DNA of 41,435 nt from Fonticula-like sp. SCN 57-25 (Eukaryota). Shown here one piece after another: positions 11,896-25,344 of the stretch. A model generated the notes under the pieces. It did not search any database. It was not told the DNA's origin and worked only from the letters and a program-made list of their open reading frames with translations. The stretch spans positions 1 to 41,435 of the forward strand of contig MEDX01000027.1 of the NCBI GenBank assembly GCA_001724245.1, given 5' to 3'. The translations under genes and the position numbers were made by a program. The first letter of the stretch is position 1, and each line of letters begins with the position of its first letter.

Positions 11896-13884
11896 ATGCG
11901 TGTGACGTTTACCGGCTACGCGCTCGTCAGCGTTGCCTTGAGCGTTGCGGTTGTGGCGAATGCTTTCCGCTCGCATCCGCAGTTCTATTCGGCATGCGTG
12001 CATTTGAGCAAGTCCAATGTTAGCGTGCTCATTCTGTTCAATGCGCTGCTGCTGGCTGCGATGCTCTTCTCGCGGTTCTGGCAGCGGGTATTCTTTGGAC
12101 GCCTGCGTGCGATTGAAGTAGAGGTACGCGCATTATACGCGTTGCGCTACATTTTGCTCTTTAACCGGGAACTTAACGCGCTCGATTGCCAGCATGCGAG
12201 TGAGCGAGTGTGGTTTGCGACGAGCGAGGCATGCCTTGCCATGACAATATTCCGCGACGAGTTTGACTCGCGCTTTCTCATGCTTTTCATTGGTCTTATT
12301 TCTGTCAAGCTGTTCCATTGGCTGTCGCAGGACCGAGTCGACTATGTACGCTTTGCCCGCCACGCTTGTCAAGCTAACCTGCCTCGCGTAGATGGAGCAA
12401 AGCCCCACCGTCACTCGCCTGTTCCATATTCGCTACCTGTCGCTCACGGCAATCCTGCTGGCAATTGACGCGACGTGGCTGTACTCGAGCGTGGACCAGA
12501 TATGGACGAATGGGCCGTCGATGATCATGCTGTTTGCCCTGGAGGTGCGACCCTCCACGGAATGGCTACACGGATGCTCACACTAAAGGGTCGCATAGTA
12601 TGCGGTTTTGCTGACGATGCTCCTGACAACCTTTGTCAAGTACTGCCTTCATTGTGTGGATATGTACGGCGCCGCCCCGTGGGAGAGCAAGTCGATGTAC
12701 ATCTTTTATCTCGAGTTTGTGGCCGGTACGGAACGCTGCTTTGCCTCTTCTGCGCGTTAACATCGATACGTTATGTTAGACTTTATCCGCATGGCGCTCT
12801 ACCTGACGTTCTTCTTCCTCATTTTCCACTTTTACTCGTTCCCGCTGCACATCCTGCGCGACCTGTACCACACCATCCGCTCGTTTGTCGTGCGCCTTCG
12901 CGACCTCATCCAGTACCGCCGGGCAACGTTCAACATGAACGAGCGCTACCCCGATGCCAACGAGGAGGAAATGCGCAACGTCGCAGACCGCACGTGCATT
13001 ATTTGCCGCGAGGAAATGGAGACTGCCAAGCGGGTACGCATATTCGCACACTTTGGATTGGCTTCAATGTTTTGAACGCTTTTCTCGTGTGGTCTTCCCC
13101 TTTTTTACGCTTTGATACCGACGGCTGACGCGCTGATTCCAGTTACCCTGCGGCCACCTGTTCCACTTCCACTGCCTCCGCTCGTGGCTGGAGCGCCAGC
13201 AAACCTGCCCGACGTGCCGCACGAGCGTTCTGTCTGAGCCCACCCGGCGCCCTACCAACGCAGCCGCCAACGACAATGTCGCGGCCAATGCGGCGGCTCC
13301 CGCCGCGGCGCCGTCGCCGCAGGCCGCCGCCGCTCAAGACCCTGCCGTCGCTCATTTACACGCGGTGCCCTCTCGGGACTCGCTAAGCGACGCGGCGGGC
13401 AGCTCGCGCGCGGGTTCGGCGCACGCCTCTACGACTGGCCTGGCCGCCTCGCCTTCATTGGGCGCCATGGGTGCCAGCCAGCAGCTCACTGCCGGGCTGG
13501 TGTCCCAGATCGCGTCGGGTGGCGGCGTCGCGGGGCTGACTCCTCTGGCGGACCTGCGCCTCCCGAGCGATACAGTGGTGCTGCCGGTTGCCGCGGCGAG
13601 CGTGTTCACTTACGATACGACGCAAGTTCCGCAATGTACGATATGTGTGATTTTTTGGGGAAAGCAACTGACCCTCGGCTCTAGTGCTGACGATAGACGA
13701 GCTGAGGCGGATGGAGGGCGAGGAGAGTTCGCACTTTGAGCAGCGCCTCCAGTTCATGCAGGGCATCCAGGCGCATATTAATGGGCTCGTGGCCCAGATG
13801 CTGCAGTTCCAGCAGACGACGGGGAGGAGGCGCCCCGCCGCTGAGCAAAGCGCCAACGATGCAGGGTCGAGTTCGGCAAGGTAG
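11896..13884 (+). CDS. HRD1: ERAD E3 ubiquitin ligase Hrd1/synoviolin, multi-exon
   Basis: QFYSACVHLSKS, FFGRLRAIEVE, CLAMTIFRDEF and KLFHWLSQDRVDY; RING-H2 CIICREEM..LPCGHLFHFHCLRSWLERQQTCPTCR; C-terminal LTIDELRRMEG segment. Confidence 0.96.
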
Positions 13885-14042
13885 CAAGCACCATATGAAT
13901 GTAAGAGAATCCAATATCCATAGTGTATATAATAAATTCATTCTCAGTAGAGCAACGGACTTCACGGGGTTTACGCCTTCTTTCGCACACCAGTTTGACA
14001 AAAGGTGACACCCCGTTTCAATTTCCCGCCAAAAAATCAAAA

Positions 14043-17000
14043 ATGCAGGCCGATGATGGGGCGGACGACGGGGACCTGACGGTGCGTAAAAAGCATTTGC
14101 TTGATATATTGTGTGTCTTATGGGGACGTTTGCTTGAGTAGACGTTTCGCTCTTTCTTTGATGAAGGCGATGAAGTGCTTGAGCGGGCATCCCTCGTCGC
14201 CAGCAACAACGACATGGGCGATGTCGAGTGGATTGCCCGCATCCTTGACGGGTACCAGGAGCAGCCCCAATTATTAGACACGCACCTGCCTCGCCTGATG
14301 GCCATTGTTGTGGACGCTATTCGACTAAAGCGCGAAGCTCCTGCTGCTGTTGAATCTCTTCGTGCCGTGTTCCGCCTCGCCTATGTCATCGTCAAGGTCC
14401 GAGGCGCCAAGGCAGTAGGTACGAGGTCGCCATTGCCAAACCACTTTACGCTCAAAGCGTTTTAAAAGGTAAATATTGGGGACATGAAGTATCCGACGTT
14501 CTTCCTACGCTGTCCTTTCTCATGTCCATAGACCCGCTTGTGCCGTCGCTGTGGGAAGCGCGCTACGTTTTGCTTCTATGGCTCTCGACACTGTTGCTGA
14601 TCCCGTTCAGTCTGAGTACAATCGATGGGAGCGGCGCTCAGCAGAACCAGCAAGCAAACTCCTTAAAAGAGGTTTTTCTTCCAACTGACCCCTCCTTTGC
14701 CTCGGCGGCGCACGACGTGTCTATTGTGACGCGCGTGCTCGCTGTCGCCAACTTTTTCCTGCCATACCAAGGAAGAGAACGGGAAGGCGCCGCCATGTGC
14801 ATTGCGCGGTTGCTCTCGCGCCGCGATGTGCTTGGCGTGGACAGCGGCGCCTTTGTCGAGGATTTTGTGGGGCAAGTAAATGACGCGCTGGGCGGCCAGA
14901 GCGCCGCAGCAGCCGGTACCCCAGCCTCCACCAACGGCAACGTCGTTGGCCTCCTGATGGCCCTCTGCGCCCTGCTCAAGGTCATGCGAAGGTCCGACGT
15001 CAGCCCGGCCCTCCAAGAGCAGCTTTATATGTGCCACGTTGCTGCGCGACGGGCTGCGAGCTCGTCGAGCAGCACCATGCTGACCAAAATGGCAGTCAAG
15101 CTGACGCAGCGCCTAGGCGTGGCCCTGCTTGTGCCCAAGGTTGCCAAGTGGAGGTACAAGCGCGGTGGACGCTTTGTAAACGGCGCCGATTCGGCCTCAT
15201 CCGGCGCCGCGGAAGAGCGGGGTGACGAGGCAGTAGAGGTTGCCGACGTGGATCACTACGAGCAGATTGAAGAGTTTATTGACACTCTGCTCGACGCGCT
15301 GAATCACCGTGTACGCATATCGTATGTTTTGTTGTTTGTACTGCTTACGAATATTGCGTACGTTGCAGGACACTGTTGTGCGGTGGTCCGCCGCCAAGGG
15401 CCTCGGCCGCATCTGCGAGCGCCTCCCCTTTGCCCTATCGGATGACGTCATCGGTGCTGTGCTTCGCCTCTTCCAGTCGTCGCGCTCCGACCCCGCTTCT
15501 TGGCACGGCCTTTGCCTGTCGCTGGCCGAGTTGAGCCGGCGCGGCATTCTTCTTCCCCGCCGGCTTGCCCCCTTCATCCCGCTCGTGCGACGCGCGCTCT
15601 ACTTTGAGTCGCGCGTGGGTGTGGGTGGTGCGTCGCTCGCCATCGTCGTCCGCGACGCGGCGTGCTACGTGTGCTGGGCGCTTGCCCGCGCGTATCACCC
15701 CGACGTGCTGGCGACTCACGTTACGACGTTGGCCGTCTCGCTCTCCACCGTGTCCGTATTTGACCGAGAGGTGAACGTGCGGCGAGCAGCGAGCGCCGCC
15801 TATCAGGAGCTCGTTGGGCGCATGCGGGGCGCAGTGCCTCACGGCATTGACGTCATCCGTGTGGCAGACTACTTTGCCGTTGGTGGGCGGGCGCGCTCGT
15901 TCGTGCAGGTGGCGCCCGCTGTTGCCAGCATCGGAGGCGAGCGCTACCGTGAGAGCATGGTCGCGCACCTCGTGGAACAAAAGGCGATCCATTGGGACCG
16001 GCAGATTCGAATTCTTGCGGCAAAGGCAATGCAGCAGCTCGTAGCAGACGACGTCGAGCTCGGGATATCCGTGATCGACTCTCTCGTACGACAGCCCTTT
16101 TCCACATTGTACCATTTTCATGTTGTTCACATTGCCCGCTTTCGTTTCGTAGTATGGCTCGTGCTTTTCAACGGATCCTGCCCATGTTCATGGCTCCCTG
16201 ATGGCGCTCGGTGCCGTGATAGCGGCCGTCTCTGCGGGCGGCCGCCCAGTGCCATCGCTTCATCAAGGGCGCGCCCTGGCCCGCCTGCCGATTGAGGTGA
16301 TCTCGACGTTGGGCAAGGCGGTTGCATCGTCGGATGTCGTAGGCGAAGCGCTGGCGGCGTTCATTGGAAATTTGGCCGACGCGCGCGTCCGCCTCGACAG
16401 CCCCGACAGCGAGGCGCTGGAGGACCAGCTCATAACACTCCTAAAGAAGGAGACGGACTTTACGAGAGAAGCCGCCCGCGATGCCGTCGGACGATGGCTG
16501 CTGGCGAAGGCGAGCGAGGCCGCCGATGATGAGCAGGCGCGCCAGCGGCTTCTCGGCAGCATTGCCGGCCGCTACATTGAACTGGTGGACAGCAACGTGA
16601 AGGGGAGAGGTGCGCTGGCAGAGCTCCCGCTCGTCCTCGCGGTCATGCCGGCCGCAGTATTGGCGCAGGAAGGAGAACGCGTCGTCAGCTGCCTGGTTGA
16701 CTGTCTTCAAGTACAGGTGCGCCGCTACGCTTGACGTTTGTTCCGCTTTCTAACTGCTTCTTTAAAGCATCTTGCTGAGCGCGTCCGTGCCGCCCTCACT
16801 GCCCTTATCCGCCTCTTTGTTTTGCTTCCCGGTGCCCTTTTTGCGCCCGCCCTTCCTTTAGTCCTGCAGACGTTTGGCAACTATACAACCGACGAGCGCG
16901 GCGATGTCGGCTCGCTGTGCCGCGAAGAGGCGATGGACTTTATTACGCGCGCCCCGCGAAGCGTTCTCGACGCCCTCATGCAGGCGGCAGTACAAGGCGG

Positions 17001-17985
17001 ACAAGAGCCTGGCGATTCGCCGACGGATGGTGTGAGCGTTGAGGGACTCGTCCTTCAGCAGATGCTTGAGAGGATAGATCGCACGCGCGTGGCCGCCTGC
17101 GTTGCCATGCGTCGAATCCTTTTCGATCAAGTGGACGACGACGCGCAGCCCGGGATTACGTGGCCTGCCGGCGCGGCGCCGGGCGGGTTGGATAGCGAGC
17201 TGCTGCGCTCAGTGTTCTCTGCCGAATCGCTCGCGCCATCGTTTCTTGATTTGGGCGATTTGTTTACGCGTGCCACTGCTCTGCTTGCCCGGGAAGGCGC
17301 TGGGTTCTCGACGTCCCTGCTGCTTGGCCTCTCAGCGAGCGCCGGCGGTGGCGCGGCGGAAGCGATCATGACCGCCGCCCGCACCGCGCTTCTCATGCGG
17401 CTCTTGACGCTTGACGCGAGCCAGAGGTGGTCGATTGCGTCGCGCTGGGCGGCCCTTTTGAGCAAGTACGCGCACCACGAGCGCCTCGCGTCGGCCCTCG
17501 TAGGCACGCTCCGGTTGCTTGTCGAGTCGGCATCGCTCGGCGGGGGCGGCGACGGTGGCGAGGTCGCAATGCTCGCAGTCGTGCGAGCGGTCAGAAAGGC
17601 GATTGCGACGTCGGGCGACATGAAAAAGATTGCTGAGGGTGTATACGTGCTTGCCTGGGCCATTGAGTGGAGTGAGGATGCGGGCGGTGAGAACATCGAC
17701 AGCAGCGCGGGCACTGTCACTGCGGCGAGTGTGAAGCGCAGTGCGTTTGGGCAGCTTGCCGTCACGCTCTGCAGCAAATTTCCGCGGGCGCGGACAATAA
17801 CGGCGTCGGCGCTTTATACGGCCGCACTGGGGAGGCAAGTGCTCCGGAAGGGAAAGACGATAGACTTGCTGATTGACACGGACTGGACGGGCGCTTTGAA
17901 GGATGTCAAGCCGAGGCGAGATCTGCTGTGCGACATGTACGGAGAACCGCGGCCGACCCCGATTAAACCCGCCGCACAGGCTTAA
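14043..17985 (+). CDS. TBCD: Tubulin-specific chaperone D, multi-exon
   Basis: YQEQPQLLD, WEARYVLLLWLS, DTVVRWSAAKGLGRI, VRDAACYVCWALAR, FDREVNVRRAASAAYQELVGR and YTTDERGDVGS. Confidence 0.96.
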
Positions 17986-18047
17986 TTTTTGTAACTACAT
18001 ATTAAATAGTCAGTGATGCATCAAAATGTATTTAAATCGGCACTAAA

Positions 18048-18983
18048 TTACAATAGCCAGGACGCGAGGACCGGCGTTAGAATCGCCGTGGAAAGGCTGG
18101 ACAAGAAATTGACACCGTTGTTGCTCAGAATGTCCCTTCCGCTGATGCGGTGGCTGCCCACGCTAAAATGCGACGTGATCAGCTTCCTGTCCGAGTCGTA
18201 GTACGTCGCCTGCAGGACGGCTCCAAGCAGCGAGTCAATGAGTGAGCCGGCCAGTCCAGCTGCACCGGCAGCGAGCACGACCCAGGCCTGGTGGCGCGGG
18301 CACCCGAGATGTGTGGCGAGCAGCCCGACATTGCGCTGCGGGAACGCCAAAAGAGGCGACGCGGCGGTCGAGAACATGACGCCATCAAAAAAGTAGCGGC
18401 TAAGCACAAAGCAGATGCCCACCACGAGACCGCCCGTGAGACTCGCCATGAGCCCGGTGAAGGAGACGCCGCCGTTGGTGCCTGGCGGTACCGGGCGTAG
18501 CGTTGTGATGAGGCGCGGTGTGCCGCCGGCAACAGAGCCGATCTCGCTCGCCCACGTGTCGCCTGCGCAGCACGCGTAGAAACCAACAAAGGCGATAAGA
18601 AGCATGTCCGCCGTGCTCCCGTCAAAGCTCACGCACTGAGCTGGGGCGCTAATGGACGACGAAACCAGCAGATGAGACACCGCGAGAAGCGTCCCAAGGC
18701 CACCATTGCACAATACTTGAAACACATTGCGCTGGCCTCCGACCTTGTACTCCTCTTCCTGCCGGCGCTTCACAGAGGCTTGGTACTTTGTGAGGCGCGA
18801 CGATGAGAGGTAAAACACGAGCAGTGTCGCAGCAAACGAGTAGCCGCTCGCAAACGTCAGCACGCCCAAAACAAACGCCGCCACTCCGCCGTACGGCGTA
18901 AGGCTATGAGAATGCTTCACGCCGCGAAGGGAGATCGCTGCGCTAAAGATAGTGCCCAGCAACGCGCGAACCCACACCGACAT
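18048..18983 (-). CDS. TMEM19: TMEM19 / DUF92 membrane protein
   Basis: SSSRLTK, GGQRNVFQVLCNGG, AGDTWASEIG, VPPGTNGGVS, GSLIDSLLGAVLQ and ILSNNGVNFLS; a single long ORF. Confidence 0.93.
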   Translation of the reverse strand: MSVWVRALLGTIFSAAISLRGVKHSHSLTPYGGVAAFVLGVLTFASGYSFAATLLVFYLSSSRLTKYQASVKRRQEEEYKVGGQRNVFQVLCNGGLGTLLAVSHLLVSSSISAPAQCVSFDGSTADMLLIAFVGFYACCAGDTWASEIGSVAGGTPRLITTLRPVPPGTNGGVSFTGLMASLTGGLVVGICFVLSRYFFDGVMFSTAASPLLAFPQRNVGLLATHLGCPRHQAWVVLAAGAAGLAGSLIDSLLGAVLQATYYDSDRKLITSHFSVGSHRISGRDILSNNGVNFLSSLSTAILTPVLASWLL

Positions 18984-19293
18984 ATGGGGCGCCCTGAGAG
19001 TCGAGACGGAGTCGAGAAAAGTGACAAAAATCTCAAGTGCAAAACCGACCGAGACCGACTATATGCATAAGGATGTCGCCGAGAACCGCGCCTCTGGCTG
19101 CCAGCTAAAGCGCGGATCCTTGTTGCCTCCTTCGTCTGTAAACTGGGCGACTGCGCGGCGGCTGGCCGATACTGCGCTGGAGCAACATTGAGCTTCGGAG
19201 TGTTTCCAATTTTTGGCGGGAAATTTCAGGGGCGGTGGTAGGATTGCAATGTGCAATTTGGACGACAAACAAACTTGTGATCGTCGGTGAGCG

Positions 19294-21495
19294 ATGAGCG
19301 ATTCATCGGACAGCGAGGAGGCCGTATTTGAGGACGCCCTGGAGAATCCGGGCACCTCCGTGTCCCAATCCGTCTCATTTGACAACCCATCATGGTCGAG
19401 CATGAACACCTCGCTCAATGATGTGCGCTGCCGGGTCTGGCCAACTTCCCCTGCTCTAACGATCGCGACCGCTTTAGTTTGGAAACCGGCTTCCTTTGGA
19501 GGAGACGTGCACGCCAGAGATCATGGCCGAAGTGAAGCGCGCGCTTGATCTTTTTCTTTCAAACAAGTTTGACGAGGCTGTTGATATTTGCCGCGCGCGC
19601 GCATCGGTTCGTCGACAACCTCTGGCCGTTGCTGGTCTGACGCAATGTTTTAGGTGAGTGTTTATCATCAGGTAGGCTTTGCCGTTGTCTCTGCCGTGCG
19701 GTCCATTATGACTTTTGATGGCGACGATATTGCCATGGCTGCGCGAGAGCTTGAGCTTGCGGTTCAATTCGCCAATTCGTACCGCCGCAAGGGCGGGATG
19801 CTGTCGTCGGTTACGTCGTACATCCGCGGTCACGGAGGTCCCCCCGCGCTCAAGGATATGAGTGTGGCCCAGTTAAACATGGAACTCATTCACGCCGAGG
19901 CCATCATGCTGCGCGCTGGGATTAACATCGCCAACGACGAGACATTCATGTCGGTCGTCAAAGGCGGCCTTCAGATGCGCTCGAGCTTTCAGGCGTACAA
20001 GGGCCTCCACGACCTCTTGCAGCAAACGACACCGGCCACGTGTCCCGCGGCGTACGACGTCAACATGAGAACTGGTATTTTGTTGGGCACCGGCGGCTTC
20101 AACATGATGCTCTCGCTGCTGCCGTCAAAGATCCTCAAGGTGCTCGAGTTCTTGGGCATGCCATCGTCGCGTTCACTCGGGCTAAGCCTGCTTGAGCAAG
20201 GCGCGTCAATCGAAGACGGCATCAGGACATCGCTATGCGCGTACTGCTATCTTGGCTACTACCTGGTACTTTAACTTGCATTGTTTGAGCAGCACGCTCA
20301 CGGGCTGGGCAGGTGATCACTGGCCTGCTTGAGCTGCCGCCGGGCGATCCCGCTATGCTCGAGCGGGTCATGGCAAGGGAGCGCGCAAAGTACCCGAACG
20401 GAACCATCACGCTCTACTTTGACGCCAAGTTGTATCAAGCCAATCAGCACCTCAAGACGTCCGTGGCAACATTCGAGTACGCCTCCGCCTCGGTACTGCA
20501 TGCTCCGCCGTACTAACGATGCACTCTAGACGGGCAATTGCCTCCCAGCTTACGTGGATCCAGCTGCATCACATTTGCTACTGGGAGCTGGTTTGGTGCC
20601 ACCTCTGCCTTCAGCAGTACGAAAAGGCTGAAAAGTGTGCCAGGAAACTCTTTGTCGAAAACAGGTTTGCCCTCGCCTCCCATTGCTGACTTTTCCTGAT
20701 TCTCACTCCGCGACATAGATGGTCAAAGTCGGTGTACTCGTACATTATTGGTGTCACTATATTTACCCACAGTGGCCCGACGGCCGACGCGCGCGAGTAC
20801 TTTTCCCGCGTTGAGAGCCTTCGCCTCCGCATCGCCAGCAAGAGCATCCCGATTGAAAAGTTTGTTGCCCGCAAGGCCCGCAAGTTCCAGTCGCAGTCCA
20901 ACTATCTATTTGCGCCCGTGCTGGAGCTCATCTACACGTGCGGGTTCATGCGCATCATTGGCACGCACGGGAGCGAGCTGCTCCTGACACTCGACAAGGA
21001 AGAAGCCGAGCTCAAGAAGCAGTACGCGGGTCGCTCTGTGCCCAACGATGTGCACTCATTAAACACCCGTAGGCGTCATCCCTACGTTGCAGACGACCGC
21101 TGCCTTGCGCTGCTGCTGCGAGGGGCGATTTTGCGGGAGATCGGCCGCGTGAGCGAGGCGATCGAAGTGCTCTCGAGACTGACAAAGGAATCGGTGCGCC
21201 TTGTGTTGCAGTAAATGTAGATGCTGACGCAGAAAAACTCACAGAAATTGCTGGTGCTGGACCACTGGATTGCGCCATTTGGCCTTGTGGACTTGTCTCG
21301 CGCCCACATGCAGCAGGGAAACGTACGGAACCGCCCCGCATCTGAATGGTGACTCACCGTGACGCGTAGCTCGCCGAAGCAAGGTCTTGCCTGCACAATG
21401 CCCGCTCAAAGTACAAGCACTACTCTCTGGAAAGTCGCCTTATGCTGCGCGCCCATGTGCTTGAGCAGGAGCTTTCAGAGTTAGAGCGCAAATAG
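19294..21495 (+). CDS. TTC39: TTC39/Iml2 family TPR protein, 9 exons
   Basis: GGFNMMLSLLPSKILKVLEFLG, LHHICYWEL, WSKSVYSY, KSIPIEKFVARKARKF and YSLESRL. The reading frame is restored by canonical introns. Confidence 0.92.
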
Positions 21496-21771
21496 GCAGA
21501 CATTTGTATATATTATCCTTTCATTTTGCAGTCAATCAAATTTATGTTTATTTGAGCGTCTGCTTACGGCAATCTTGCGCCTTGAAGAATGGATTAAAAC
21601 GTCATTGGTAGCCTAAAAGCGCCCACCCATACCTGAATAGCCACACAAGGTACCTATTCAAGCATGTCTTGCGATGATACCCAACGCCTTGTCCGCTGGA
21701 GATAAGTTCTTGGCGCATCATGCAATCTTAGTTCAGTTTGCATCGAGTCAGACAGCCCCAGGTGGAAGCAA

Positions 21772-22734
21772 ATGGCGGCGTTCAAGCGGACGAGGACGTA
21801 CGGCCAGCGCGCTGCGGACTGCGCCAACCCGGCCGGCGCGCAGCTCCTGCGCATCATGGAGGAGAAGAAGTCGAATCTCTCCATTGCCGTGGACGTGGTA
21901 AAGTCGAGCGAGCTGATCCGCCTTGCCGACCTGCTGGGCCCCTACATCTGCATGCTCAAGGTGCGCCCGCTTTATTTCGCTCATTGGTGCCCATACTCAT
22001 GCTCCCCTTGGGATAGACGCACATTGATATTGTGGAAGACTTTACGTATGATGTTGCGGAGGAGCTCGCTCGCCTGGCGGAGAAGCACAACTATGTGATC
22101 TTTGAGGACCGCAAGTTTGCCGACATTGGCAATACTGTGAATCTGCAGTACTCTGGCGGCGTCTACAAGATCGCAAAGTGGGCGCATATCACCAATGCGC
22201 ATGCCGTTCCCGGCCCCGGCATCCTCGACGGCCTCAAGGTAGCAGCGGCACCGCTCCAGCGCGGCGTCCTCGTGCTCGCCGAGATGAGCTCAAAGTACGC
22301 GAGGACTACTTGAATTGCTCTGTGATCAGGAATACTTACATGCGAGCGCAGGGGATCGCTTGCCACCGGCGAGTACACTGCCGCCGCAATTGAGATGTCG
22401 CGCGCTCGCCGCGACCTCGTACGACTTTTTGGCTAGTGGCATCGATTCAAGTCTGACGCTCTTTTGACAGGTCTTTGGTTTCGTTTCGGGTCGCGCGCTC
22501 GCCCCTGAAGAAGAGAACTTTGTCTACTGTTCGCCCGGCGTTAGCCTTGCGACCGCAGGTGACGCGCTCGGCCAGCAGTACTCGACCCCGGACGTGGTCA
22601 TTGGCGAGCGCGGGAGCGACGTCATCATTGTCGGCCGCGGCGTGTACGAAGCTGCTGACCCCAAGGCCACCGCCGAGACGTACCGCCAGGCCGGCTGGAG
22701 CGCATATGAAAAGTCGCTCGACGCGAGCCGTTAA
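21772..22734 (+). CDS. URA3: Orotidine-5'-phosphate decarboxylase (monofunctional), 4 exons
   Basis: [53 protein letters not shown] and DVIIVGRG. Confidence 0.97.
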
Positions 22735-23037
22735 ATTTACTTTTTGTGTGCACTCGACTGCCCCATCCATTTTACTCTTTTTTCCTTGTCTTGTATCACC
22801 CTATACGTAGAAATCCGATAAATACTGAGAGCTCTTTTATGAATTCACAAACGCGATACGGTTTTTAAGTACACGCATTTCGATGCCCATGTGTGTGCCC
22901 CTTGTCCGCGCACCAGCTACGTACACGACACTCGTTTTATATACAGGAACACGCGAGGACGCATACTTTTACGCCATGCACCAATCATTGTCTCATCGAC
23001 GCCACGCGTGTCAGTTTGCAGTTTGCAATCTTTCCAC

Positions 23038-25001
23038 ATGGCTGCGCCGACCACGATGCAGGTGCTGCCGACGCTCCCGGCCGACTGGTCCAATGGCGAG
23101 TCCCTTGTTATTGGCGACTTCCCCGCTCTCGTCCGTCGTTCCATTGAGCCCGTTGGACGCGGCTACAAGCTCCATGTCACCCGCGAGCAGAACAGCGAGC
23201 AGGAGGATGCCAACCTTTTCAGCACTGAGGAGGCCAAGGAGACTGAGGAAACCGATGAGGGATCGTTCCCTGGCTACGACGACCACGAGCCGGCGTCGCT
23301 GCTCAAGCTCGACGCTGGTGACTGGAAGAACCACGATCTTTACCTGATTCTCGGTCTCGGCAAGCTTCGCTACAAGGCCACGGATGACGACCTCCGCCGT
23401 GCCTGTACGTGATTTGCTTAAAGCCCTTTTGTTCTTTTTTTGCTTCTTTCTGGTTTCGTGTTCTGAAGCTCACGCATGTTGTAGACCGCCGCAAGGTTCT
23501 CAAGCACCACCCCGACAAGATGGCGAGCAAGACCAAGGGTAAGGGCAAGGTTGACGACAACTTTTTCAAGATCATCCAGAAGGCGTACGACATCCTGTCG
23601 GACCCCGTCAAGCGCACGCACTTTGACTCGTGCGACCCGACCTTTGAGGAGGAGATCCCTTCGGCCAAGGTTCCTGCGGACAAGTTTTACGAGGTCTATA
23701 ATGCCGCCTTTGAGAACAATGCTCGGTATGTCCAGGATCTAACCCACCCCTTTTGCTGACGTGTGCCCAGCTTCTCGGTCAAGCCGAACGTTCCCAAGCT
23801 TGGCGACGACAGCAACGACTCTGACCATGTCCGCACCTTCTACGACTTTTGGTACAACTTTGAGTCGTGGCGCGTGTTCAACTGGGTCGATGAGGAGGAC
23901 CCCGGCAGCGCCGAGAGCCGCGAGGAGAAGCGCTACTACGAGAAGCTCAACGAGAAGGCCCGTAGCGAGCTCAAGAAGGAGGACAATGGCCGTATTCGCC
24001 GCCTCACTGACCAGGCTGCTGCCCTCGACCCGCGCATTCGCCGCATGAAGCAGGAGGAGCGCGAGAAGAAGGAGCGCGTGATTGAGGCCAAGCGCGCTCA
24101 GGAGGAGGCCGTCCGCATGGAGGCCCAGCGCGCCGTCGAGGCCGCCGCCGAGGCCAAGCGCGCTCAGGAGGCCGCCGCCAAGGAGCAGGCCGAGGCCGAC
24201 AAGAAGGTGCGCGAGGAGAAGAAGAAGCTCGCCAAGAAGGAGCGCAAGACTCTCCGCCAGCACGTCAAGGGCAACAACTGCTACCTGCCGCTGGACGTGT
24301 CCGAGACCTCCACGCGCATGTTTGAGGCTATCGCTCGCCTCGACGTGCTGTGCGAGGAGCTCGCCTACGACGAGCTCGTTGCCTTTAACGAGTCTCTGAT
24401 TGCCGCCGCCGATGGCGGTGCCGAGATCTACCTGACGCGCATCGGCGACATGGCGCGTCTTGCCGAGACCCAGGCTTCCCGCGCCGCCGCCGAGGAGAAG
24501 GCGCGCGCCGAGGAGAAGATCGCCGCCGCCGCTGCCCCGTGGAGCGACAAGGAGAAGGCGCTGCTGATCCAGGCCGTCAAGCTCTTCCCCGGAGGCGCCA
24601 TCAACCGCTGGGGCCGCATCACTGAGCACGTTAACGAGCACAGCGGCCTCACCGCGCGCGTCGAAAAGGACGTCATCAACGAGGCCAAGAGCATCCTCAA
24701 GGACACGGGCCGCGTCCAGGACGTTGCGCTCAAGATCGAGAGGCGGTCCGACAACGTCGCGCCCATCGACCACCTCACCACGCGCGAGGAGGTCGGCAGC
24801 GAGGCCCCCGGTGCCGCCGAGCAGCCGTGGACCGCCGCGGAGCTCGAGGGCTTCCAGACCGCGCTCCGCGCCGTCCCGGCCACCGCTGAGAACCGCTGGG
24901 AGAAGATTGCCGAGCTCGTCCCCACGAGGTCAAAGAAGGAGCTTATCGCCAAGTTTAAGGAGATTGCCACGCTCATCAAGGAGAAGAAGGGCGCCAAGTA
25001 G
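23038..25001 (+). CDS. DNAJC2: Zuotin/MPP11 ribosome-associated J-protein with C-terminal SANT/Myb domains, 3 exons
   Basis: IEPVGR, DWKNHDLYLILGL, J domain with HHPDK, FYDFWYNFESWR, a charged region and two SANT repeats (PWSDKE..FPGG..RW; PWTAAE..RWEKIAELVPTRSKKE). Confidence 0.96.
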
Positions 25002-25344
25002 ACAGAGGCAGGTGAGCCCCATGGTTTTTCTTTAGGTGTTTTCCCTTTTTGTTGATTTGCTTGCTCGCCCTTTTTGTTGGCGTTTCGGAGGTCTCTGTTG
25101 ATGATGAGGATGATGATGAACGATTGTTTTGTATTCCGTCTCTTTGCTAGCGACACAGATGTTTGGCGTGGAATGAATATACGGCACTTTAGTAAGAATT
25201 ATACACGTTTCGTTCGTGGCAAAATTGCAGCATCCATACGTCGGGTACAGCAGCAGGTGCCATCGATGCGTGGCACATGCAGTACTGGTACATACCGGGT
25301 AACTAAAAAATAACAGAAAAAGGCCCGAAAAACAATCATAAAAA

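Noticed and set aside
23739-24773. Long antisense ORFs opposite real genes (e.g. 344 aa opposite zuotin, 251 aa at 1764-2519, 301 aa at 25408-26313)
   Set aside because: These are shadow ORFs produced by strong GC3 codon bias on the coding strand and carry no recognisable motifs.
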